64,000 nucleotides of DNA from the NCBI GenBank assembly GCA_043228905.1, contig JBHGNT010000008.1, forward strand, positions 13,826,001-13,890,000. Direction: 5' to 3'. Position 1 is the stretch's first letter. Every line of letters begins with the position of its first letter. Positions 24,507-37,912 of this stretch are shown piece by piece. Source of the stretch: Azolla caroliniana (Eukaryota > Plantae > Polypodiophyta). Under the pieces are notes generated by a model. It did not search any database. It was not told the DNA's origin and saw only the letters and a list, made by a program, of their open reading frames with translations. The position numbers and the translations under genes were made by a program.

Positions 24507-27082
24507 GATGGCAATGAACTTTGTGGAATTGATGGCAATCAAGACGGATATGTTGATAAGCATTGCAGGGTAGTGATAATAACGAAGATGGAAATGGTGA
24601 TGGCATTGAGAATCATTGAGGGGTGGGGGGTGGTGCCTAGAATTGCTCCACCCCCCTCCCAAGGGGGTTCAACGTAAGGGAGGGAGAGAGAAAGAGAGAG
24701 ACGTCGAGAGAGAGAGATTGAGAGAGGGGTGAAAGCACGGGAGTGATAATAACCAGCACGCTCAACCGGATCTGGATTGGCTGAATAAGCCTAAGCCGGA
24801 TCGGTATCCGGATAGTATGCGATAACAACCGGCCGGATTGGGGAGCCGGATTCGAGCGGGAACCAGAAGCCTAGTAGTAGCCTAGACTACTAGGTAATCA
24901 TTGTCTCGTAGTTAGTGTCAGTCGCACATGTGAGCATTGAAGTACCCATCAGTACTTTTGTCAGTCCTTTATGGACTGCTATAAATAGTGATGTTTAGCA
25001 CATTGTATGTACAGAGTTTCTAGAGTTAATTTTTGAATATAGTTTTATGTTCTGCTCTCTCTGTCTCCTCTGTGTTTTAAGCTTTTCCATTAAACCTTCA
25101 TCTCATTTTCTGTTGCTATCTAGTTGAGCCGGTTCTGTCTGACGCTTCCACACATTAACATTCACATGGTATCAGAGCGCAAGGGTTGAGAACCTCTACA
25201 ACTGACATTTGCTTCCGTAGAGGAACTTTAGTACCCGGTAACAACAAATAGAGAGAAGATATGGATAGAGGAATGGCGAGTTCACTTCCAACGGAGAAGC
25301 TCGACTAGAGCAACTACATGTGCTGGTCATATAAAATGCACCAGTACCTACTGGGGTATGGATATTGGAGCTTCGTGGAAGGAACAAATGAAGTAGCATT
25401 GGAGCCGTCATACAAAGACTTCATGGTATGGGAGCAAGGAGCAAGTCGGGTACTGTACGGGCTCGCGTCCGGTGTGTATGATCAAATGCTCAGTTACATC
25501 AAGGATGCAAAGACGCCGAAGAAGGCCTGGGAAAATCTACGGAAGATTTTCGCCGCAAGTACCACAGGTCGTAAGTTGCAGCTCCGGCAAGAGCTAAACA
25601 ACATCCGGCAAAGAGACATGTCGGTTACGGACTACACCACCAAGATAAAGGAGATTTGCGATGCACTCGGGTCCATCAACGTGACGGTGGACGAAGACGA
25701 GATGGTACAAATCTGCCTCGGTGGTCTAGCGCAAAGTTACGGGCCAATCCGGACAATGACCTGCACCCAGGAGAAACCACCATCCTTCTTCGACTTGCAA
25801 TCGATGGTGATGGTCGAAGAAAACCACGTGAGTGGATCAAGGACCACTCAATCGGATGGCCGGATGTTGTACACGGAGATAGATCGGCCCCATGGACGTG
25901 GTGGATGAGGTGGGTCGGCACGCAATGGAGGCGGCCGACAAGAGCAGGACCGAAGGCATAGAGGATGTGCCGACAACAATTCCGGACCCTCCAAAAGCAG
26001 GGGGAGTCAAAGCGGCACCGGGAACAGGCAATGAAAGGACGACACGGAATGTTGGTACTGTGGAAAAAAGGGCCATAGGGAAAGTGAATTTTGAAAGAAG
26101 CGCGCCGATTCGGACAAATCTGGATCTGGGAAAACCGGTTGGGAGAACTGATAAAGCTCGCACACTGCGGAAGGATTGAAAGGATCCGGAATCGGGAAAA
26201 CCGGTAAAGGGCCAGCCTTCGTGATGAAGCACAAGGCTAACTTGATGAAGAAGACTACTTCTGGTACGTTGATTCCAGAGCGTCCAACCACATGACGAGC
26301 CATGAAGAGTGGTTCTCTTTTTTAGAGAAACCAGAACAACTGGGGATTATCGAAACCGGAGACGACACCCCTCACCCAATTGTGCATGTCGGAGAAGTCC
26401 CTTTAAGCCATGTCGGACAAAAGGGGAAGCTGATGAACGTACTACACGTTTCGACTATCACAAAGAACCTGGTGTCAGTTGGACAAATTGTCGACTAGGG
26501 GATGCAGGTGCGGTTTACGCACCTAGGGTGCTTCATCGAGGAAGAGGGCCGGATAATTGCACAAGGGCGTTGAGACGGGAGGATGTTCATCCTCAACACT
26601 AATGATGTCGGCACTGCTATGTTTGCGAAGGGGCAAAAGGTCAAATCGAACATCAACCTATGGCACAAGCGGATCGGCCACGTCAATTATTGGAGGCTTC
26701 AAGACCTGCAATCAAAACAATTCGTTCTCGGTTTGCCGAAATTTAGCGGCCAGAAGGTTGATATTTGTGAAGGCTGGCAACTCGGGAAGCAACACCGGCT
26801 TCTATTCCCCACCGATCGAAATGAGAGCCATAACAAGCTCGATTTAATCCATTCGGATATATGGGGACCAGCACAAAATGTTAGTATTGGCGGGAGTTGG
26901 TATTTCATCTCCTTCATCGACGACTACAACCGACACATGTGGAACTACCTCATCAAGAGGAAGAGCGAAGTCTTCGAGTGTTTCCAGAACCTTCAAAGCT
27001 TGGTTGAACACGAAACGGAGAGGAAAATCAAGTGCCTCCTGTCGGATGGCAGGAAAGAATACTTTTCCAACCAATTCAATAG

Positions 27083-29687
27083 TGTTGGGAGACAGGTCCC
27101 TCCGGATGGAAGAGAGAAGAACAGAGCCTCGGCCGAAACCGGATGAGGAGTACCCGACTACGGAGAGCCGGATGGTGCAGACCCGGTGAGAACCGGATGA
27201 GGAGTACCAGGCTATGGAGAGCCGGATGGTGCAGACCCGGTGAGAACCGGATGAGGAGTACCCGGCTACGGAGAGTCGGATGGTGCAGACCCGGTGAGAA
27301 GTGCTCACCGGATGAAGAGACATATTCGTAAATATATTTATGAGAGTCCATCATGGCTATATTTGTAAATAGCCGAAAAGTCATATTAAGTATAAATATG
27401 ACTTAGGGCAAACTCTATATATATAGTTGTTGTCATTCTTGTTGGTGCAAGAAAAGAGAGAGCGTGTAACTGTGTACAGAGGGAGAGAGAGAGAAAGAGG
27501 TCGTTGCCTCTGTTGTAACCGCCGCCTGTGGTGAGGATCGTGAGCACGAGGTCGTTGCCTCCGTGAACTCACTGTTGTACATTCTAACATAGCGATAGTT
27601 TGCAGCCTGTGGGCTGCCGTGGTTTTTCCCTTAGTTTGGGTTTTCCACATTAAACATCCTGTGTACATTTTCCTCTCCTTTGTGTCGTGTGTTTTCCGTT
27701 TCCCGTTTTCTGTGTATGATTCTAAGCTCGGTTGTGGCCGAGCGTTGTGTATAAGGAGCGTTTGAGTTCTCGTCAAGTTATATCAGAGCGAAACGACACA
27801 GAAAATGGACGAATCGTTTGGCGGCATGTTCAAGCTCACCGGCTCTAACTATTCAGTGTGGAAGTCGAAGATGAAGGACATGCTCGTGGTTAAAGATCTT
27901 TGGTTACCGGTTCAGTTCGGGGACAAGAGACCAGACAAGATTGACACCACAATATGGGAGGTGATGCACATGAAGACAACGGCGTACATACGGTGCTTCA
28001 TCGACATAAGCCTATACAACAACTTCAATGAAGAGAGCAAGGCTCATGAGCTCTGGGAGAAGATCGGCGTTATGTTTCAAAACAAAAATGCTGTTAATCA
28101 GGTTTCGGTATTCCGGAAGCTAGTAAGACTCCGGTACCAAAATGGATCCAACATGGCGGAGCACATGAATGTCTTCCAGGGGCTGATACACCAGGCAACG
28201 TCATTGGAAGTACCTCTCGCCGACGAGGTACTAGCGCTACTCCTGCTCGGTTCCCTCCCGGATAGCTGGGAGACGTTGGTTGTCACTTTGGGCAACGCCG
28301 GGCTGGAAGGAAAGCGGTTATCCCTAGCAAGAGTAAAGTCGAGCTTGCTAGATGAGGAGGCGTGTGGGAAAGATAAAGATACGAGCTCCGACTTCAAAGC
28401 GCTCCTTACCAAATCGGAACGCGGAAGACATAGAAACTGTAGTCCCTAGAACCGGGAGAAGTCGGGGACAAAATCAAAGTCAAGGGGGAGGCCTACTTAC
28501 TTCTATTGCGGCAAGCTGGGACACTTCCAAAAGAATTGTCGGCATTTCCGAAAAGACAAGGAAACCGACGGTACCGATTCGAAGCGGACCCCGGACCGGA
28601 ACGGTAAAGACTGGAGGGGGCCGGACCGGAAGGGAACGACGGCAATCGCGGCAAGTGAAGAGGAGTGGATGCTCATTACCGAGGAGAGTGAGATAAACCT
28701 TGCCGGCGACGAGATGACTTGGGTGGTAGACTCCGGAGCGTCGTTCCACCTTACCCTGGACCGTAAATGCTTCTCATTCTACTCAGCCGGTGATCACGAC
28801 TATGTCCGGATGGGGAATGAAGGTACATGACGAATTGTCGGCATAGGAGACGTGTGGTTGACAACACCAACCGGATGCAAGTTGTTGCTGAAGGATGTCT
28901 GACACGTTCTGGAGGTTTAGGGCAAACTCTCTATATATAGGGCAAACTCTCTATATATAGTTGTTGTCATTCTTGTTGGTGCAAGGAAGGAGAGAGCGTG
29001 TAACTATGTACAGAGGGAGATAGAGAGAAAAAGGTCGTTGCCTCTGTTGTAACCGCCGCCTGTGGCGAGGATCGTGAGCACGAGGTCGTTGCCTCCGTGA
29101 ACTCACTGTTGTACATTCTAACATAGCGATTGTTTGCAGCCTGTGGGCTGCCGTGGTTTTTCCCTTAGTTTGGATTTCCATGTTAAACATCCTGTGTACA
29201 TTTTCCTCTCCTTTGTGTCGTGTGTTTTCCGTTTTCCGTTTTTTGTGGATGATTCTAAGCTCGGTTGTGGCCAAGCGTTGTGTATAAGGAGCGTTTGAGT
29301 TCCCTTCAAGTGGTATCAGAGCGAAACGACACAGAAAATGGACGAATTGTTTGGCGGCATGTTCAAGCTCACCGGCTCCAACTATTCAGTGTGGAAGTCG
29401 AAGATGAGGGACATGCTCGTGGTTAAAGATCTTTGGGTACCGGTTCAGTTCGGGGACAAGAGACCGGACAAGATTGACGCCACAATATGGGAGGTGATGC
29501 ACATGAAGACAACGACGTACATACGGTGCTTCATCAACATGAGCTTATACAACAACTTCAATGAAGAGAGCAAGGCTCATGAGCTCTGGGAGAAGATCAG
29601 CGTTATGTTTCAAAACAAAAATGCTGTTAATCAGGTTTTGGTATTCCGGAAGCTAGTAAGACTCCGGTACCAAGATGGCTCCAGCAT
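27083..29687 (+). mobile_element. D-family Copia 5' fragments in tandem (LTR-PBS-gag-PR, then half LTR-PBS-gag start)
   Basis: LTR 27083..27775; degenerate PBS 27778-27790; gag from 27805. Second block 28917..29687 with PBS 29311-29322 and gag from 29338. Gag is very similar to D (18546..18899). Confidence 0.9.
27137..27299 (+). repeat. 3 x 54-bp tandem repeat in U3 of the D-family LTR
   Basis: Units start at 27137, 27191 and 27245 (AACCGGATGAGGAGTACC...CCGGTGAG). Confidence 0.97.
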
Positions 29688-32600
29688 CCAAAACCGGATC
29701 GGTGACAAGGTGTCAGCACATGAGCTGTATTTCGGGCGAAAGCCGAATTTGAGACATCTTCGGATATTCGGTAGCATAGGATATGTGCATGTACTGGATG
29801 AGAAGCGGAGGAAGCTGGATCTGAAGTCGGAGAAGTGCATTCTAGTCGGTTACTCACAAGAGCAAAAGGGGTATAAGTGCTATAATCCCTGGACTAAGCA
29901 GGTCTGAGTAAGCCGAGATGTCGAGTTTGATGAGACAACATCATGGTACTCCTTACCGACTCCAACTCCCGACGAAGACCCGATTCCGGAAGATGAGGCT
30001 AGTGAGCCCGAGGAGGTTCAAGTAGAAGATGAAGTATTTGGCACTCTAGAAGGGAGTCCGATCTCATTCCGGCTAACTGGACCGAATGAGTGGATGAGTC
30101 GGGATGACTAGTTGGATGAGGAACCGGCGAGTAGTGGAGACTCTATCGTGCTCTCCCCGTGCAAGGAATCGAGGAGACGGTTCACACGCAAAGAGAATGG
30201 GAAGAAGAAGATGTCAGAATACGAAACCGAAAACATTGAGTCAGATCGGAGCGAATCCGACTCCGAAAAGGATGAAGACGGATCTTCGGGAACGAAGTCC
30301 GACCTGGCCAAGAAGGGCCCCAAACCGGGTAATACCAAGACTCCGGTCTTCCCGCTTGAAGAACCCTGTTACGCAGTATGGGTAAAATGAGTACATGCAC
30401 ATCATTATGCGTTCATGACTAAGGTGGTGGAAGTGTGTGAGCCGAAGAGCTACGCAGAAGCGGCAAAGGACGCAAATTGGCATGCCGCTATGGAGGAAGA
30501 AATGCGGGCACTAGATGCTAGTGACACATGGGACCTCGTTGACCCTCCTCGACACTGTAAACTAATTGGTTGCAAATGGGTGTACAAGGTAGAGTACAAT
30601 GCCAACGGTTCGGTTAATCGATACAAGGCGCGGTCAGTGGCGAAGGGATACACACAGACCCAGGGAATTGATTACGACGAGACCTTCACCCTGGTAGCGA
30701 AGATGACGATGGTTCGTGTGGTACTGGCTGTTGTTGCGGCAAGGGGGTGGTATCTTCACCAGATGGACGTGAAGAATGTGTTTCTTCAAGGTGAGCTTGA
30801 AGAACAGGTCTATATGATCCAACCTCTTGGTTTCTAGTCGGAATGAACAAGTATGCGGTGTGCCAGCTCAAGAAGTCACTTTACGGTCTGAAACAAGCCC
30901 CTCAAGCTTGGAATGTGAAGATCACGCACTGGTTGCGTAAGATGGGGTTTGTGAGCTCTAAATCTGACTCGTCGTTGTTCATCCGGCAAGGTTCGGACGG
31001 TTCGGTTTGCATCCTACTTTATGTTGATGATTTAGTCATCACCGGACCCAGACTCAATGAAATCGGCCAAGTAAAGTCCCACCTGGGGGACCTTCATTAG
31101 TTTCTCGGGATCGAGGTGATCCAAACCCCCGACGGCATATTGCTCTCACAATGACACTATGTGTTGAATATGCTATACAAGTTCGGTATGATGGAGTGCC
31201 GACCTGTCTCCACACCCCTGGATCGGAACCAGAAGCTTTGTCCCAACTCCGGACCAGCCTACGATGAGAAACGGTTCCGACAAATCATCGGAAGCCTAAT
31301 ATACTTGACAATCACTCGACCCGACCTCAGTTACCCGGTCGGAGTGATCAGCCAATTCATGCAGAAGCCGACTGTCGAGCACCTTCAGTGCACACACCGG
31401 ATACTCTGGTATGTGAGCGGCATGAAGGATCGGGGACTGTTATACCGACACGGTATAGTTGGGAAGCTAGTTGGATATACTGATGCCGACTAGGTTGGTG
31501 ATGCATTGGATTGCCAATCCACCTCCGGTTACATGTTTTATCTGGGTAGCGCGGTTGTTGCATGGAGCAGCAAAAAGTAGTCAACAGTGGCTCTGTCGAG
31601 CATTGAGGCTGAATACCGGGTTGCTACCAATGCCACTTGTGAAGCCATTGGCTTTGGTGATTGCTGCGAGACCTACAGATTGAGGTACCGGCCCCGATCA
31701 TGATCTATTGTGACAACATGAGCAACATTCAGCTCGCCAAGAACCCCGTTTTCTATGCTCGGATGAAGCACATAGAAGTCCACTATCACTTTGTGTGTGA
31801 GTGGGTTTTGAGCGGTGAAGTAGAACTTCAGTATGTTCAGACAGATCAGCAAATTGCCGATATATTCACCAATCTGCTCAGATCAGACAAGTTGCAACAC
31901 TTCACCGAAATGCTTGGTGTTGAGCATCTCTACGTGCTGCACTTGAGGGCGAGAAAAGGAAAGGGAACGGATGGCACCGGACAAGGAGCCGGAGAGGAAT
32001 AAAGAACTGACAAAGGGGGAGACAAGAGGAAAAAGGAAGCCGAGCCGACCAAAGGAGTCGGCACATCTAAAAAGGTCAGACCAAGCAGCAACGATGGTAG
32101 AGTAAAAAAGGATAGAGCCGACCGGAAGAAAATGGCTAAGACCCGGACGTGGTCTGGTGTGGTACCGGAAGACGAGTTGGAGAACACCAACTCAGACAAG
32201 AGATGGAATGAATCGAAGGAAACCGATTCGGTTCAAGATTCAGAGAAGCCGGAAGAACAAAAGGCCAAGCGGACACAGACGCAACAGAAGTCCACGCCAA
32301 CACGAAGGAACCGACGGGTTGACAAGCACCAGAGTCGCAACAACGAGGGAGCTCAAATGGGCCTGTTGAGCAGACAAGCCGACCGAGGAGGTCGAGGTGT
32401 GCAGAACCAGAAGGGTCGCGGAAAACAAGACCGGACCGGACGAGGAGCGTGAGAGAGGCGGAGCAACGCCAAAAGGAGCTGGGTAGAAGAACCGGCTGCC
32501 GTGGACACTAACAGCACGATCCGACCTCAAGTTGAGCTTGAGGGGGAGTGTTGAGCGAGCAAGCTCAACCGGATCTGAATCGGCTGAATAAGCCTGAGCT

Positions 32601-33188
32601 GGATTGGCATCCGGAAGGATGAGCCGGATTGGTATCCAGATGGTATCTGGTAACAACCCGCCGGATCGGGGAGCCAGATTCGAGCGGGAACCGGAAGCCT
32701 AGTAGTAGCCTAGACTACTAGGTAATCATTTTCTCGTAGTTAGTGTTAGTCACACATGTGAGCATTGAAGTACCTGTCAGTACTTCTGCCAGTCCTTTAT
32801 GGACTTCTATAAATAGTGTTGTTTAGCACGTTGTATGTACAGAGTTTCTAGAGTTAATTTTTTAATATAGTTTTATGTTCTGCTCTCTATGTTTTAAGCT
32901 TTTCCAATGAACCTTCATCTCATTTTCTGTTGCTATCCGGTTGAGCCGGTTCTGTCTGACGCTTCCGCACATTAACATTCACAAAAAAACTACGAGTGAT
33001 AACTAGTCATTTTTGCACCATGAATGAAACATTTGAATGTTTTAATTATATAAATGAGCATCATAAATGTGCAACATAAACATGCACCATAAATTATATA
33101 CCAAATTCCTAGGTCCATTATGCATGATCCATTGCCATATCATGTTGGCCATCACTTTGTGACTATTCAAGCTTAGATTACCTATTAA

Positions 33189-33745
33189 GCTCACTCCTCC
33201 ATTTCCGCCATTCTAGACTCAGTTGCCACCATTGTTCGGTCTTGGATTGCTGCCACTGTTTGATCCGACGGAGTTCACTCCTCCATTGCCGTCATTTTAT
33301 ACTCAGTTGCCGCCACTGTTTGGTCCTGGATTGTTGCCACTGTTCAATCTAATGAAGTTCACTCCTCCATTGCCCCCATTCTACACTTAGTTTCCGCCAC
33401 TGTTTGGTCCTGGATTGTTGCCACTGTTCGATCCAACGGAGTTCACTCCATTGCCACCATTCTACACACAGTTGCCACCACTATTCGGTCCTAGATTGCA
33501 ATAACTGTTCGCTCTAACGGAGTTCACTCCTCCATTGTCACCATTGTACTTTCCATTGCTGCCATTGTTTGGTCCTAGATTGCTGCCATTCTACACTTAG
33601 TTGCCACTATTGTTCGGTCTTGGATTGCTGCCACTATTCGATCCAACAGAGTTCACTCCTCCATTATCACCATTATACTCTCAATTGTCAGCACTGTTCG
33701 GTCTTGGATTGTAGTAACTGTTCACTCCCATTGGTAGCCATTGCA
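33189..33745. repeat. ~84-bp tandem repeat, about 6.5 degenerate units
   Basis: GTTCACTCC recurs at 33273, 33357, 33441, 33522 and 33651, with internal TTGC(C/T)GCCA subrepeats. Confidence 0.93.
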
Positions 33746-33852
33746 CCTACATCTTTGTCTGTTAATTATATTGAGTATTGTTATGTATAATCTTGTGTAT
33801 AGTCTTCGTCTGTCAATAACCAGTTTGCATGTGGTTTAGTAATTAGCTACAT

Positions 33853-34719
33853 TGTCGAGGAAATCCTTGCGTGTTCGCGAAATGAAGCGGGACCACCAAG
33901 GTCTTGGACGGGAAGGATTCAATGTTTCTTGTAGCGTCAGCGAGAAAGTATTGATGATAGATTGAGAGGGTATTTAAGAGAGATATAGAGACAAAGATTC
34001 CAATTCTGAGACAGATTGAGAGAGAGAGAGATTGAACCCTTGATTTCAATTTTAAGGGAGAAGATACCTCACGAATAAGATAACTAGTTTTCTTTTTATT
34101 AATTTCTTGATCAGTACATCTTTTTTTTTTATACTCTTTTTCCTCCTATCTTTTATAGATGCCCCCATGCATATAATGCATGCCAGGGTGCAAGACATGC
34201 ATACAATGCATGTAATGCATGCAATGCATGTTTGCCATTTGGTGCTCATGCATTACATGTGATGCATGATGTCCATGTCACTCATCGAAGCTCTCATGTA
34301 TGAGAATTTACATGTGAGGAATAGAATGGAAAATACAACTTCTAAAGAAATGACTTGGCTTAGTGGTAAGTCAATTGTGTTATGTAAGATTGTCCCTCCT
34401 TGTGGGAAGGAGCTGGCCGAAGAGCCGAAACAAGAGTTGGCTGGCCGAAATCGGTCAGGAAGCTGAAACAAGAGTCGATTGGCCGAAATCAACCAAAAAG
34501 CCAAAATGGGGTTCGGTCGAATAGAAGTTCAAACAAATATAGACATATATATATGTGTGTGAGATAAGTTAGTATATATATAGAGGGAGTCGTATTAACT
34601 GCATATATATGTGGGATAACTCATTGAGAAAAAACAGTGACAGAAGCGGGTAAGTCAACCCTTCTCGGTTTTCTCCTTTCCACGTGATTTTCACACCGTT
34701 GCCGAAAATCTTCACGACA
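33853..34719 (-). mobile_element. Solo LTR distantly related to the E family
   Basis: TGTCG...CGACA termini. The - strand 3' end (TTCCCGTCCAAGACCTTGGTGGTCCCGCTTCA...CGACA) aligns with the E LTR end (TTCCGGTCGGAGGCCCTGGGGTCTTGCCTCA...TGACA). 4-bp TSD ACAT/ACGT. Confidence 0.8.
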
Positions 34720-34754
34720 ACGTGTCTATTTTTTGTTTGATTTTGCTAATGAAT

Positions 34755-37700
34755 ATGTCAAGCCAAATTGAAGAGGGTGTTTACCAACAAACCTCATGGA
34801 TCATCAAGATTGGGATGACACTATTATGACACAACAAGCGATATGAAAGTATTGGGTAGGAAAAAAAAGGAAACATCATCAAATGTTGAAGGATACGAAA
34901 GACACATTCACTATAGGTAAGGATAGTATTAGGTGCAATGTAAGTCTAATACCACTTAGAATGGAAGTAATGAGACTACTATCATAGAGAGAAAGGTTGT
35001 AGACTATTTCAATGTTCAGACCAAGCACATCATCAAAGAAGACAAGAAGGTAGTGCTTTATGGAATATTAAATGATTCATCGATAAAGGAGTTAGTTGAT
35101 AGTGATGGTCTTAATGCAAACATAACATATGTACTAGTAAATCATCTCTGTAATAGTTTTGTATCCATGAGCATGTTAGAAGATGATCTTGTCTTAAAAA
35201 GGTCTAGTCTAATGATGTTACTTAATAGTGACGTTGACGATCTTAACATCAGTATGTTATCTAAGGTAATCGGTGTCAGTAGAAAAAGTGTCTACAATAC
35301 AATGAACCAGATTATTTCAAGTGGTGAAGGAACTAGTCTACTAAAGCTGACAACAAGATGTAAGCCAATGTCACCCATAACATCAGAAATCAAGGACATA
35401 CTCACCATATTTTGGACTAATGAGAGTAGGGTTTCACCCAATAAGAAGGATTTATGCAGGAAACGTGTTGGAAGGAGTCAATATGAGGAACATCTCATTT
35501 ATCTTCTTGATGTACCTAAGGTATTTACATTGATCTCACCTTTTGTTTTGATTTTTGACTTATTGTCACAAGTCTATACACTATTGCGATTAAAATCACT
35601 GGGTAATTAGCTACATCAGGGATCAAGCATAGCTAATTAGCGACATATGGTATTGGCCATAGCTAATCTGCTACATTTAGTGTGGGCATAGCTAGTTAGC
35701 AATATCGGGTCTAGATAGCTATGTCTCCTACTTAACTACATAATCAGTTTCGCCAACTTTGTCTCTCACTAGCTACTGGTAATAGCTAGTTAGCTATTAG
35801 CATCAGAATATGACCATAGCTAACTAGCCACAAGTAATAGTTAGCTAGCTATTATCACCTAATTAGCTACCACAATAGCTAATTAACTACATTAGAATAT
35901 GATCATAGCTAATTACCTACTAGAAATAGCTAACTAGCTACTAGTAATAGCTAATAAGCTATTGGTAATAGGTATTTAGCTACTCTTAATGGCTAATGAG
36001 CTATTGGCAATAGCTAACTAGCTATTATCAGCTAATTAGCTACAACAATAGCTAATTAACTACATGAGAATATGATCATAGCTAACTAGCTACTGGAAAT
36101 AGCTAACTAACTATTGGTAATAGCTAATTAACTATTGGTAATAGCTAATTAGCTACTCTTAATAGTTAATTAGCTACTAGCAATAACTAACTAGCTATTA
36201 TAAGCTAATTAGCTACAACCATTGCTAATTAGCATTAGAATATAAACATAGCTAACTAACTATTGGTAATAACTAATTAGCTATTGCATATAGCTAACTA
36301 GCTATTATCAGCTAATTAGCTACCACAAAAGCTAATTAGCTACATCAAAATATGATCATAGATAACTAGCTACTAGAAATAGCTAATTAGCTACATCAAA
36401 ATAGCAAATTAGCTACACAAGAGTATGATCATAGCCAATTAGCTACCACACTATATTGAACTAGCTACATATGGTAGCATCAGAATACTCAGTGTACTCC
36501 CTTTTTATTACGTAGGTAGATTTATTTATTAGGTTTAAGCAAATGCACCCAAATATCAAAGTTCAACTACGAACATTTGAGTCTCTTAAGCCACACTTTG
36601 TGAGACACTTAAGGGATTGATACACATGTTGTTGCATTTACCATGTACAAATGGGTTTTCTCAAGGACTCTGTTAATCTACTACGTCACCATAGCTCCTC
36701 CCTAGAGGATGCAGTCTACACTTGTGAATGCCCAATTTGTCGATCTATCCTGCAAGAGCATTGTAAGTCATCAGAGCATGTTATCTCTTCCATGAGTGGT
36801 CTTTTAGTATTGTGACCGAGAGAATCTGAGGCTATCTTCCACAGATATAAATGTGTCATGGGTTTATGTCAAGATTGTGGACCTAGTAGATTTAGGTGGT
36901 GTACAAAAGAGTTGAGCTCTGTCAAGTTATTTGAGTCTGTGGACACCAATTTCAAATGAAAGGTGTGTAAAAGAAAGGATCTAGTTAGGAAGTCGTTTAA
37001 ACCAAGGCATTTGGCATCTCTATTTGTAGTATCTCTAGAAAAGTTCATTAAACACAACGTCATTTATTCATTGCAGGACCATCAATTTAAGACTTGCATA
37101 TCTGATTTTCCAAATGATGTACTAGTCTTAGTAGTAGATTGCGTAGAGAGTTGTGCATATGAATTGTGCAACACATGTACTCGAATTTTTAAGAGCTAAT
37201 ATGTCAAAGAGTGCAAACTGGTGTTTATTCCTCATAGGTCCGAGATATCAAACGCGTATTCTGGGAAGTGAGGATAGATGAAGTAAATAGGGACCAGACA
37301 TGGGAGTCCCAAGGAATTCCCGAATTGCAATCTCTCCATGTTGTTCGAGGTTATTCTAGGTTGGATGACCATTGTATTGTGGTTAGAGAATTAACTTGTT
37401 TTTGCTTCCATTGTGTGTGGGGAAATTGGAGGTATTGTTTAAATAAAGCATATATTTAGAATTGGGAGTACCATACATTGAATGATAAGGAAGCGGCAGA
37501 TGGAGAAATAGAAAACAATGTTGACTTCACATATCAGGGTTGTGGAGATACTTTGAGTGATGTCATAAATGTTGGGGATAATTTCGTTGTAAATGAAGAA
37601 AAAGGCAATTTAGAGGGTGTTGATTTCTATATATTGAAGTGCACGGTTTGTAAACAATGTGCAACACAAAATGTTGTAGATGCTTGGGGAAATTTTGTAT

Positions 37701-37912
37701 ATGCTGGGACATTCTACATCGAAGGTATTTTTGATGCAAGACTAGATGATTACTATTATGTGTATAGGCTTTTAGAAGACAAACCAATAATGTACATGTA
37801 CTCTCATTTGGTCAGGTGCATCAATGTCCCGATGTTGCAATACAAAAGTTTCTTAGCTTTATACACAATTAGTGCTAATGTGTATGAATGTATTTACAAC
37901 AGTATGCCATAG
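34755..37912 (+). pseudogene. Spliced DDD-type transposase, Sola2-like, catalytic core deleted
   Basis: Exon ...'SRVSPNKKDLCRKR...LLDVPK', GT-AG intron 35521..36515, then 'VDLFIRFK..HPNIKVQLRTFESLKPHFV..RD*YTCCCIYHVQM...CVMGLCQDCG...FIKHN...QFKTCISDFPNDVLVLVVDCVES' (decayed VVDFAEN). After a deletion come 'RELTCFCFHC' and ORF 37478..37912. The family label is from recalled motifs only. Confidence 0.7.
35603..36478. repeat. Array of palindromic TAGCTAATTAGCTA units within the transposase intron
   Basis: Dozens of TAGCTA / TAGCTAA(T/C)TAGCTA units with short variable spacers. Confidence 0.95.

Larger units (their letters stand above)
24755..32983 (+). mobile_element. Element F: Ty1/Copia, decayed, integrase interrupted by D-family sequence
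   Basis: 5' LTR ~24755..25166 (first ~10 bp missing); PBS TGGTATCAGAGCGC 25167-25180; PPT 32539-32548; 3' LTR 32549..32983. Gag starts at 25261; RT 30415-31490; RH to ~31950. No TSD. Confidence 0.94.

Noticed and set aside
24741-33008. GAGTGATAA on both flanks of element F as a TSD or DNA-transposon end
   Set aside because: Only 9 bp match, it does not abut the LTR termini, and no inverted partner was found.
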